Source of the DNA: Piromyces finnis finn
Lineage: Eukaryota > Fungi > Neocallimastigomycota
Assembly: GCA_002104945.1 (NCBI GenBank)
Contig: MCFH01000010.1
Location: forward strand, 1,139,966-1,203,965
Reading direction: 5' to 3'
Length of the DNA: 64,000 nt
Shown: one piece after another, positions 18,000 through 35,362 of the stretch
How positions within the stretch are numbered: the first letter of the stretch is position 1
Layout: each line of letters starts with the position of its first letter
The notes under the pieces: generated by a model
The model's database searches: none
Told to the model about the DNA's origin: nothing
Seen by the model: only the letters and a program-made list of their open reading frames with translations
Position numbers and translations under genes: made by a program

Positions 18000-20900
18000 A
18001 TTTGTTTTATAGGAAAAATGCGTTTTACATTAAATTTTATTAAAAGTTAACTTAAAGAATCGTACTCATTAAAATTTTGATTATTTTTTTTTAAATTTAA
18101 TTTATTAAAAATTACCAAAAGTAATTTTCTTACATTATTCTTTTTCATTAAATATTATGAAAAAATCAAAAATTATAACAAAGTCAATCATAAAAATCCA
18201 AAATTTAAGTAACAAAAGATGAAAAGTGAAATACGTTAAAGCTATTGGTATTTTTATATTTAATGAAGATAATGGGTTTATTTTATTTCGGGATTGAATG
18301 AAAAAAATATTTTATTTAGTACAGTTAAATGGATTACTTATATTAAAACAAACTTAGACAATTACATTATATCCACAATAATTATTTATTATTATATTTA
18401 TCATATGATATACATTTTCCATTTATTTTATTTCTATATAATTTTATTATGATCATTAAACTATCTTTGCATTTGAATTTTTATGATATAAGAATGTAAA
18501 GATAAATAATATTTATTCTATTTATAATTTTAGTATATATTTATATTATGAAATATTAAATGCAATACTTTGATTCCTTATTTATAAAAATAATAAGAAA
18601 CAAATTTATTTAAATAGAATTATAATATTTTCTTATACATTTATAATATTATAAAATGTTATAGCATAAATACTGAAATTAAACGTAATACAAGTAATGC
18701 ATAATAAAAGCATAAAAGCCTTATATACTTATAAATTTTAAAATAATTTTTAATGGTTAAAAATTATAATTTAATGATTGAAACCTTCTAATTATAATTG
18801 AAGGCTTGGAATCAATTCTTGAATAATGTCAAAAAAAAAAAATATATATATATATATTATTATTAACATTTGTGATATTTAATAATTTTATGGCAATATA
18901 TATATATTAAATAATATTAAATTAAAATTAATTGGAATAAGGAAATAATTAATTATTTATATAGTTTCATTTTCATTTTTATTATTATTTCCCTTAAAAA
19001 TCTAAAATTGCAGCAGAAATATACCATATAACGTTATTCATATTGTAATAAATATGTTTTAAAGTTTTAAAATATAATAAAGTATAAGAATTTTTAATAA
19101 TGATGTTTAATTTTTTTTTTTTATATATGGCTCAATAAATAAAATTTTAATTATAATATTTATATAAAATGTTAATAAAATCTGTTTTTATAGTTATAAT
19201 TTTTTTTTTCTTTTTTCTTTTTGGCATATTGTTCTTGGTTAAGGCATTTGTAAAATTTATATATATATCAAATCTCCTCAAAATTATTTTTGTTTGAGTA
19301 TTAAAGTTTTTACCAATATATATGAAATACTATTTAGTTGGATTAAATATTTTTTCTTATAATTAACGAGCTAACTTTTCCAATAAGAAATACTATAACT
19401 TAAATTAGTAGTGATGCTATATATATTTTTAAAGAAAAAACAAATTAATTTAATGTTTATATGTATTTATTTAGTTTTTTACAATAAAAGCTTTGGGAAT
19501 CGAACAGCATTTTATTGTCACCCATGAACTCATAAGGATGTTAAAGACCTTTTTGGTTTTTTTTATTATCTTATTTGAGCTTGTACCTTAACATATAGAA
19601 TAAAACTATAATAAGAGAGAAAATCCTCTTGCACAAATTAACAATTATAAATAATAATAATTTTAATTTTTATTAGTAATTCTGTTAATATGAACTAAGC
19701 AAAGAAAAAAATTTAACTTTTATTAGTAATTAATTATTATTTTTATATTTTTATTTTTTATTCTATTTTATTAGTTACATTTTAAATAATGTAAATATTT
19801 TTTCATAAATAAATTAAGAAATTAATATGTACTTAATATGTACTAAGTGCTTAGTTCATATTTTTTTCCACATGTTTACAAAAAAATTATTTTGTTTATT
19901 TAATAATTCCTTTTATTTTACAGAATTTTTTTTTTTAAATATATTAATAATTTTTTATATATATATATATTAAAAATTATTTTTTTTGAAACCAATAATA
20001 TAGATATAATCTAAAATTTCTATTTAAAAAAAAAAAAAAACTATTTATTTATTATTATATCATAATTATAATGTATAATTATTTTTTATATTTATTTGAG
20101 TGTTTTATTTATTTTTAGACTTAAAACATATATATTATTATAACAAACCGGTAATATATAATACAGAAATATTGAACAATTTAAAAATGAAGGTGATTAT
20201 ATAATATTAATATTTAGATTTCAATAAATCAAATAATTAAGTATTTTAACCAATAAATCTCATTTGAAATTAGATAATATAAATTTAATAATTTATTATA
20301 TTTAATATAATTTTTTTTTTTTTTTTTTTTGATTTAAGGACAACGAAAATTTTAATTTTTTTTTTTATTTGATATTTTAATTATTTTTATTTTGAGAATA
20401 ATATTTTATGTATATTATTTATTAATAATGTATTACAAATAATATATTATTTAATTTATATTTTTTTATACAATCATTTAATAAATATATTTTAGTATGT
20501 AATTTTTTAGATATTTTTTATTAAAAAAAAAAGAAATCGAATCTTTTACATTTAAGATATTTCCAAAAATAAATATATTATTCTTATTATGCAATAATAT
20601 TTATTATATATATTCCTAAAGAAAAGGATCATTACTCATAATATAACTTAATTGTTAAATAATAATATAATTTTATTTTTGCAATTTTTTTAATTGTTTT
20701 TGTCAATTAAAAAATTTAATTATAAGAAAGGAAAAAAAATATATAAAATTTATAATATATACTCATATACGATAAAATTTAGTATTTTATAAATATATAA
20801 ATATATATATTTATATAGAATTTAATTTGCAAAGTGAATTAAAATCACTTTTGAGAATTACAGTATATATATATTTATAAAAACAATTTGATTAAGGAAA

Positions 20901-21008
20901 AAACAATGAATTTAATTTAAGAGAAATTAAAGATTATTTTATTTAAAGACTTTACTTTTTTTTTTTTTCCTTTTTCCCTCATCTCCTTATTATATTATTG
21001 TAATTATT

Positions 21009-25190
<4,182 letters not shown>

Positions 25191-26625
25191 TCAAAATAGT
25201 TATCAGATTATTATTGTTTTATTATCGTTAATCCTATTAATATTCTTTTTAAATAATATTTAAATCAGTAAATTATTATGTAATAAATAAATTATGTTTT
25301 AAATTTATAATTTTATATTTTATTTATTTTTATTTTTATTTTATTTTTAAATGAGTTAAAGACTTAGAAACAAGTTAATAATAATATTCTCTAGTTTAAT
25401 TCAAATTAAAGTTTTTATTTACTTTTTTTTTTAATTACATATTTCTTTTATATACCAATGTAATATTTTTATAATTTCATATAGTTATTATAAGTTAATA
25501 TAATTATGCAAACAAAGAAAAACAAGAAAAAACAAAAGCAAAAACCAAAAATAAAAGTAAAATAAAATTATATACCAAATTAATAATATATCATTTGTTC
25601 ATTTAGCTATATAACTAATAACTAAAAAAAAGGGATAATTAATAATATAAATTTACTGTACTTTTTTTTTTTTTTTTTTTTTTTTTTTATATTAATAGTA
25701 TAATAAATTAATTATTTATAATATTTATTCTAATTTATCCCAAATTTTTGAGATTTTAGCCAGACTTTTTAACCAGACTTTTTTCGTTTTTTATTTTATT
25801 TATCAAGTTCAAGTTTAGCTTTTAATTTCACTTTGGGCCCTTACTATTAAAAATACTTTATTCTATTCTAATAGTGAGTTAGAAATAGTAAAAATAGCTG
25901 AAGTAAGCGCTATATTTTCCTATTAAATTAGTATATTTATACCCAAGCATTAATTATATTGTATTTCTTTTTTCCTATTCTGATATTTTCACCAATTAAT
26001 ATAGATTATTTTTATGTAGAAGGATTTTAACTTCAAATAATATAAATATTTATTAATAATTTTATTATATTTCAATATTTCTCTTCTACTTTAAAACGTC
26101 TAGTCTTTAGTCTTGAACTTTATACACCTAACTAAAACAAGAAATTTTTTTAATAATAAATTCACTAGTACAACCAGAATATATAGATATAGATATATTT
26201 TTTTTTCATTATTACTCTTACATTACATATTTTTGTATTTACATTTTCATTGCATTTTTTTTATATTGTAGATATAATTAATATTATAGTAAAATTATAT
26301 AAATTAAATATTAGAAAAATTGTTAATATTACAATATGTTCAATGTACATATGCACATATATCAATATATTATGATTTATATATTCAATTTTTTTTTTTT
26401 TTTTTTTTTTTTTACATAAAAAAAAAATAAAAAATAATATAAAATGTTAATTTAGAATTTAGTATTTTCAAAGACATTTATAAATATCAGTATATATATA
26501 TATATATAATATTTTATATAGTTATTTTAGTATTAAAAGTATATTAATTATAAGGGGAATATTATAAATAAATAATAATAAAAATAAAAAAATAAAATTA
26601 TTCAAAATAAATTAAAACATTCTGT

Positions 26626-26659
<34 letters not shown>

Positions 26660-26660
26660 A

Positions 26661-28466
26661 ATGGACCAAACTAATTCTACAATTGATAATGATGCTGCAG
26701 CATCTAGTTCAACTAAAATTAATTTACCACAATTAACTGATGAAAGAAAACAAGAAATTAGGAAAAAATTATTAGAACGTCAAAGACAAGCAAGATTAAA
26801 AAATTCTAGTATAAATGCTGGTTCAACCAATTCAACATCTGCTTCATCATCATCTTCAAATATTACATCAAACTCAATAAATTCTAATACAACTAACATA
26901 TCATCTAATAATAATAATGTAATAAATGATTCAAATGAAAAAGAAAAGGAAAAAGAAAATGAAAAACCACCAAATCAAGAAATGATAAAAAAAGCAATAG
27001 CATTTTTAAGTTCACCAAAAGTTCAAGGTTCTCCTACTTCAAGAAAACATTCATTTTTATTATCTAAAGGTTGTACTAAAAAGGAAATTGAATTAGCTGA
27101 AAAAGAAATTGAAGAAAAAAGTTTATATTCAAGGTAATTATTAAATATTAGCATATTCATTGTTATTTTAATTATTTTGCTGTTTTCGTTTTTAAAATTA
27201 AATTAAATTTTATTTTAAAAAATGAAATTGGAATTTAAATATACATGTTTAAAACTATTTTTTAAAATATCTATATAAAAATTATATATATATTTAAATT
27301 TCTTATTAATTTAAAATATTGAATCGTTTAACTATGATAAGTGCCCAATCATTAACATCACCACCAGCTTCATCAACATCTAGTACAAATGTATCTCAAG
27401 GACAAGCACCACCTCCATTACCACCAAGAAACTATCAACAACAAAATATTCAAGTTATTTACCGTAATCCACCATTAACTCGGATACAAAAAGTAAGACG
27501 TGGATTGTTAATTATTTTATTTAGTGCTTCAATTTTGAAGGGTATTTCTATTATAGTAAAGGTAGTTTTTTTTTTTTTAATTTTTTTTAAATATAATTTT
27601 GAAAAAAAAATAATTGTTAAGATACAGTCATACTAATGCATATAATTTAATTTGTTTTCATGGTATTTTATTCATTATTTATTTAATTAACAAAATAATA
27701 GAAGGAAATTATGAAACCACTTAGAGAACTTTATCTTCAATATTCAAAATATTTAAAAACAAGAAATAATATATTAAATACATACATGCTTCAAATTGTC
27801 GAATATTGTAAATTATTTATTAACGACAAAACTAAGGATAAGGTTAAGCAAGTAAAAACAATTGAAGAAATTAATAAAGAAAAAGAAACAGAAAAAACCG
27901 AAAAAGAAAGTGAAGAAAATGAAGTTGAAGAAGAATCTTCAGTGGAAAAGGAAAAGAAATCAGGTCAAAGAAAAGCTATTAAATTAAAAATCCACAGAAA
28001 GAAGGAAGTTGACAATGAAATAGTAGATGAAGAAACTCAACTTGTTAAAAAAGACTCATCAGAAGTAAGAACTCTTTCTGCTGCCGTTCAGGATTATATC
28101 GATTGTACAAATAGTTTTGAAACCAATTGCAAAGATGCTGTTGACACATATACTTATGATATCGAAAGAAATAGTGATCTTTTCAGTGGTTCTCTTGGTC
28201 AAACAATGAAACTTTCCAGTGAAGTATATCAAATGGTTTCACGAGAAGTTTATTATAATTCGGCAAATTCATCTTTTTATATGGATTCCTATCAAGCTTC
28301 TAATGAAGATGAAGGACCTGTCTCACTTTATTCTCGTGTCAATAACATTAAGAGTGAAATTCGTAGATTAAAAGGTATGCTCTTGAACCATAGAAATTTC
28401 CCAAAATACAAGCAAAGAGCTTTAGTTAATGTTACCTCTAATACTGCCGCTTCATCATCGTCATAA
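26661..28466 (+). CDS. PEX14: Peroxisomal membrane docking protein PEX14, exons 26661-27133, 27342-27561, 27702-28466 (~485 aa)
   Basis: Pex14_N-like segment NQEMIKKAIAFLSSPKVQGSPTSRKHSFLLSKGCTKKEIELA, then Pro-rich PPPLPPR, hydrophobic GLLIILFSASILKGISIIV and a charged coiled-coil region. The introns splice in frame (1458 nt total). Confidence 0.85.
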
Positions 28467-31421
28467 TTTTTTTTTACTATAAAGAAAACAAGATAAAAAA
28501 TAATACATAAATAAAATTTCAATTAAATTATTATTAAAGAATATAAATAATAAAAATAATTACAATAATAAATATAATAAAAATAAAACAAATAAATAAT
28601 AACGAATAAATACTATAGGGAATTTTAATAAAACCTATGGTATTCATATAGAAATCATTTTTTTTAATTATTAATTATCGTTAGTAGTAAAAAAATAAAA
28701 TAAATAAGTAAATAAAAAAAAATAAAATAATAGAATAAATAAAATTAAAGATAATTCATTTATTTAAAAAAGAAAAAAAAAAAAATTTATATAAATATAC
28801 TTCTTTTTATATATATATATATAGTATTGTGTAAATTTGTATTACGGAAGAAAAAAAAAATTAAACATAATATTTACATTTTTATAAATTTTAAAACATT
28901 TATAATCATTTCTATTTCATTATTATTTTCTTGTTTATATATATATATAAATTTTAAATTTAAAATATTCATATCTTACTAAATTATATAAGAAAAAAAA
29001 AAAAAACAATTAAATAGTCTTTATATATATGAACAAAATATTATTTTCCATTAATAACAGTATATATAATTGGATAATAATATTTACATGACTATGTATT
29101 TAATAAAGTGAATTGCTTATTTAATATTTACATATATATATTTTCTGATGTTATTTCTTTTTATTTAAAGAACTAAATGAATACAAAATCTAAGAATATT
29201 AATAACTTTATTATAATTTATATTTTAATTAGAATTTTATATTTTAATTATGTATAGATTTATTAATAATTGATAAATTTTAAAACTATTATTTTCGATT
29301 ATCCATGTTTTAATAATTTCTATTATATATATAGACCACCTAATTTCGTCAATTATTTGAATTAAGATACTATAATATAAAAAAAGGTAAAAAAAAATAA
29401 AAAATAAAAAACAATTTTTAAAATTATTGTAAAAAAATTTTTTTGTGTGACATATTTTGTATTTTAAAGTTTTAATCATAAAATATTACCACTTTTTAAT
29501 ATGCAATTTGTAATATGTACCTTTTTATTTACCTAGTATCTAGTATATAAAATAATTATATAATTTTTATAAATTTATTCATTTGATCTATACTCTTTAT
29601 CATCTAACACTATGAGATTATATATATATATAATGAAATATATAATGCTTGTTTTTTTATAATTCTAATTATCTTAACTATTTTTAATTTCCCTACAATA
29701 CTTTCATTTTCATGCTATGTTTTATTCATTAATATATTATGCAAAGAAGCTCTTTAATTAATAAATATTGATTTATGTTCAATTCATAGATGAAATAAAA
29801 GAATAAAATGAATATAATAGTTTTTATGTTAAAAGTTCATTATTATGTAATAAAGAATATTTACAATTTAATCTCTTATTTTATTAAAACTTTATATATT
29901 ATTGTGCACATTTGTATCAATCGCTTTTCAATAATAATATAAATTTTATTAATTATATAAATGAATAATGAATGAAAAAAAATATATTTTTTACTATTGA
30001 ATCTTGGATTTTGATTTATTCATTGGTTATAGAAATTAATATATTAAATAATATTATAATTAGAAAAGAATTTAATTATATACAAAAATAGAAATTATTA
30101 ATTATTTAATATTTTAAATAAATTGAAGGTGTATATTTTATTATTAAATTTTTATATTAATAAAATATTTTGTATATGTTAATTATTATATTTATCTTAA
30201 TATTTTTTATTATTAAATAATGTATAATACATTTTTATTATACTGTTAAAGTATTATTACATATTTTTTAACTGTAATTATCAAAAAGTTGAATAATACA
30301 AAATTTTCTTTATATAGAGGTTTTTTTTTTTTTCTTATTTAGTTGAGTCAATCTTAAGAATTTTAATTAAATATTTAATTAAAAAAAAAAAGGTAATACA
30401 ATTTTGGTTTGAAAAAAATACTATATACATTAATTAAATTGAAATTTAATGAATAAATAACTAATAAATAGATAAATAATTAAAATATATATAATATTAA
30501 TTAGTCAATATATAAAAATAAATCAATAAGTATAATAAATTAAAATTTTTACATTCTCTAAATATAGTAATATTAATATATAACGAAAAAAAAAATTAAA
30601 AAATAAAAATTAAAACAACATGAAACGAAAATAAAAAAACTAATTTGTGTTTAATATATTATCCTAACCTTATCACCTAAAATTTAGAATGAGTTATTAT
30701 GTTAAAGGTCAGCTATCGAGATTACTTAGTTTTTCTCGAGTTTTTCTCGAGTTTTTTTTTTTTTTTTTTAAAAAAAAATCAGGATACTTCCAAGAAAAAA
30801 ATTACACATTGAATAATCAATGATATCTTAAAAAAAGTGTAAAATTTATTGTTTATAAAACAAAATTAAAGTTTAACTTTTTCTTAATAGTATAAAAATT
30901 AGTATTTTAACAAAATAAAATATATTAAATATCTTAGTATAGACATTCAGTTATACATATAAAAATTTTTATATAGATAGTATAGCTTAATCAAAATTAT
31001 TTAGTATCCTACATTTTTCAATGATAAAAGTAGTATAATAATAATAATTCTTTTTTAAAAAATTGAAAGTTAGAATATTTAGTTATGCTTTTTAATTTTA
31101 ATATTGTATATACTTTTTTTTTCTATAATTCTAATCTTTTATAATGAAGTATAAATTAGAATATTTAGTTTAAAGTTAATAGAGTTTTTTAATTAAACTA
31201 TTTAATTAATTTTTACTTTCCATAAATAAAATAAAAAAAAAAAGGTATTACAAGCATTTAATTAAATTAATCTTTTTTTTTTATAATTTAAAATCTTAAT
31301 GTCCTACCTAATAACTTAATATAAAAATTAAAGTAGATTAATTCGAAATAAAAAATATTTTTTTTTTACTATACTATTAAATCTTAAAGTAATTAATGTA
31401 TAAAAATTTAATTTATTAATT

Positions 31422-31459
<38 letters not shown>

Positions 31460-34253
31460 CTAAACCCCGAAAACACTATAATAATTTTATTCGATAGTTT
31501 ATAATTATGAAATTTTTTATTCAATATACTTTGTTATATTTAAATTAAATAGTATGATTAAAATAAGACTAATTATTAATTTATATTTTTTCATGATTTA
31601 ATAAATAAAGTTCTATTAGTTGTTTCGAGCTACTTGTAAATATTGTAGTAGATTGTGGTATTGATTTAGGGTTAGTATATATTTTAAAAAAAGATTATGA
31701 GAAGTTATAATTGTTATATTTTGTTATTATATTTATCTGTTTATTTATATATTATTTTAATTAAAAATAAAATATCAATATCAATATAATAATGGAAAAT
31801 ATTAACATATATAAATAAAGATTAAATAATCTATGATATACTTTTTTTTTCTTTTTATTAAATTCATAAACTTTATAAACTTTAATTAATTTAAGTAATA
31901 ATATTAAAAAGTTTCTGTCAATATTTAATAAATGCAATACTCTTTTAGTAAGAAATATATTAAATATATTATTATTATTTTAAAGTTAAACAACTAAACT
32001 ATTTTCTCCTATTTTTTTTTTTTTAATTTTTATTACTATTAAAAAATGTATGTTCTAATTTTAAATTGAATAAACTTTTATAGATATCATAAATATAAAT
32101 GATAAATGTATATATTTTTATATAATTTAACTATAGTAATTATCCAAATTAGTCTTCTTTTATTTATCAAAATACATTAAATATATACAAATGTTATTAA
32201 CATACCACTAAAAAAAGGAAATTATTTTTATTAATTAAAATTTTATATATCAATATATCAATATTTAGAAAAATGTTAAATGAACATTTCTTTTTATAAC
32301 TTTTCTATTTATTAAAATAATGAAAATTAGTTAATATTAAAATTAAATCATATATAACTAATATTTTAATTTGTTTTATCCATAGATAATAAATGTAATA
32401 GATTATTAATATATAAATTGAAATGCTTTATAATTTTGATAAATAATATTCGTTAAAATTTAATAATGAAGAAAGGATCTTATTAAATATGCTTCTATAG
32501 CAGTGATTATTTAATTTTCTAGATATGACTATTATATTGAGCAATTATATGTCATGTATTTTAAATTTTTATAAAAGAAAAATATTTTAATAATTTTTTT
32601 TATTAATTGTTAATTCAGTTTTTATATATTAAAGTATTTCTTCTAATCCATAGTTACTTGTATATCTTATATATTGAAAATATATATATTGATCTTTTAT
32701 ACTTTTAGAAGATATAATCGAAAGCTTATTTTTAATCATGATAATTTTTTTTTTTAAAAATTAAATTTGAAAAATTATATTTATTTAAATAGTGAAAGAT
32801 ATAAAAATAGATTATTAATATTATTTTTATTTATGTAGTACAACTTGAAAAATATAAATATTAAAAAAAATATATATTTTATTGTTAAAATAAGAAAGGA
32901 GTTATTATTGAAACATATTACATATGGCACGTTCTTTTTTTTTTTTTTTTTTTTTTTAAAATTAACTATTAATAAATTTATGGAAATAAAGAAATAATTA
33001 TATTTTTTATTGAATTTTTATTAGATTATTGTAAAAGTAACATTTATAAAACAACTTAATAATATATATAATGATTGAAATAATGATACTAAATTTATAT
33101 TTTTCTTTCAAAGTATATTAATTTATTTTAAATAATATTAATATTACTATTTTTGACATTTATTAATCTTAAACGATTAATTATTTAATAAATATATGAT
33201 TTATTAAATAAAGTATTAATTATTTATTTAACAAAAAATAATGAAAAGATACCTGACGAATGTATCATTTAATATTTTATCGATTTAAGCATAATAAATT
33301 TTAATATTATTATAACTATTCTATTATATAATGATATAATGTATGCCAAATAATGTCAACAAAATATATAGATATATATAATATTATTATCTATATAGTT
33401 AGCAATCAAATAGCCTTGATATTTTCACTACTTTTTAATTTGTAGTATCTGAAAGGAAAGAAATGAAGAAAGTTTAAGTCATCATAAAAATAATAATTAA
33501 TTAAAATAATATATAGTTTTGTATACTTTATTTTTTTTTGGTACTATTATTTTATTATATGGTATATGATTAATTTCATATATTATAATACATTATTTTT
33601 TACGACTCTTAAAATAATTTATTTTAATTAATTTTTATTAGTATGTTGAATACCATTGATAATATATAGAAACATATTGAATTTTTTAATTAAAATTTAA
33701 ATTTAAATATTATAGTATTATTTTTAATATATTATTATATAGATAATACATTTTTTGTGAATATATAAAGTTTATTTAATATATTATCCATTTGATTTTA
33801 TTATTTTTTATATTATAGCTTATTTTTTTAATACTTCCCTTTTTTATTTTCATATTAATTTATGCTAATTCTTTAAATTTTATATATAATAAAATCAATT
33901 GTAATATACGAAAGTTTGGAAGATTTTAATCAAACCATAATAGTAAATAATATAAAATTTCGAGTCTTTTTTAATATGAACTTTTTATTTTTTAAAGTGC
34001 TAAAGCAACAAAAATAGTATATATAATAATAATTAATTCTTAATATATATAAACAATATCTTTATTCATATATTGACTTATTTTATAATATAGAAATTTA
34101 AAATTGAAATTAATATGAATGAAAATATTTAATTAGAAAATCTTATTAAAAATTAGATATATTTAATTACCAAAGGTTATTAACAATATTAATTACAAAA
34201 ATGTTAATTAATTATTATTATTATTTTCATTATATAGTTTAAAACAATAATTA

Positions 34254-34336
<83 letters not shown>
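34254..34336. repeat. (AAT)~27 intergenic microsatellite
   Basis: Pure AAT run seen directly. Confidence 0.95.
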
Positions 34337-34339
<3 letters not shown>

Positions 34340-35362
34340 TCTACAAATACTATTTTAATAGTATGTATAAAAAATTAAAAAAAAAAAAAATGTAAATTCA
34401 CTTGGATATATTAAAATTAATTATAATAATAATCTATTAAGCAGAAAACTTTATTAATTAATAAATTAGTTAAAATTATCTTTTAAAAATCAATGACTAT
34501 AAAATAGAGAAATTTTCACTTTTTTTTCTTTTCTTTTTTTTTTTTTTTAATTACTTATCAAGTTAAGCATTTTAAAGCTATTTAAAATATATTTTCATTT
34601 GAAATAATTAAAAATAAGATTTATTAGTTAATATTATTTTATTAAAAGTAGTTATATATAAGTTGTCATAAGCAAGTTATATATTATCATAAAATAAAAG
34701 TTTAATTACCTATAAATATAATTTTTGCTAAAGTAAATTTCACTTCTTTTTTTTTTTTTTTAAAAGAGAGAGACTAATAGTCGATATTAAGTAAAAAATT
34801 TTATTCATTAACAAATATTTAATATTAACTACGAATAATTGATATAAAAGATTAAAATATTATTATTAATAATTGCAATGAAAAGGAAATATATATAAAA
34901 TATAGTAATTTAAAATATATAATATTGATAAAAATAATATCTGTATAATTAATATTTATTAAATAGTAAAATAAGTAATATTTATAAACAAATAAAATAT
35001 AAAAATTTTATAATTTTGTTATGATATAAATTTACTTCTTTTAAACATTTACATAATAATAATCACTCTATTAATTTCAATAATAAGAATTTTTTTTTTA
35101 CTTTTATTAAAGTTAAATATAGCATTTTAATTGTAAATAATTAAAACATTTCATAATAATAATAACAAAAATAATAAAAGAAATAGATATTTCTAAATAA
35201 AAGAGTAAATATTATTTCTTTATATATATGTATATAATTGATATTTATTAAAATAAAAAAAATATTTCAAGAACGTAAAGCTTTTTAAAGCAACATTTTT
35301 AAAAGTAAGGAAAAAATTAATATACCAATAAACTAATACCAAAACAAATATTTAAATAAATA

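Noticed and set aside
19489-19560. tRNA or SINE remnant (GTTCGATTCCC box-B-like sequence on the minus strand)
   Set aside because: There is no box A, cloverleaf, TSD or tail; a single motif is insufficient.
28500-35300. Hidden genes in the long AT-rich intergenic stretches (also 58450-64000)
   Set aside because: Only short AT-biased ORFs without motifs, or isolated GC blips, are present. Nothing is supportable by eye.
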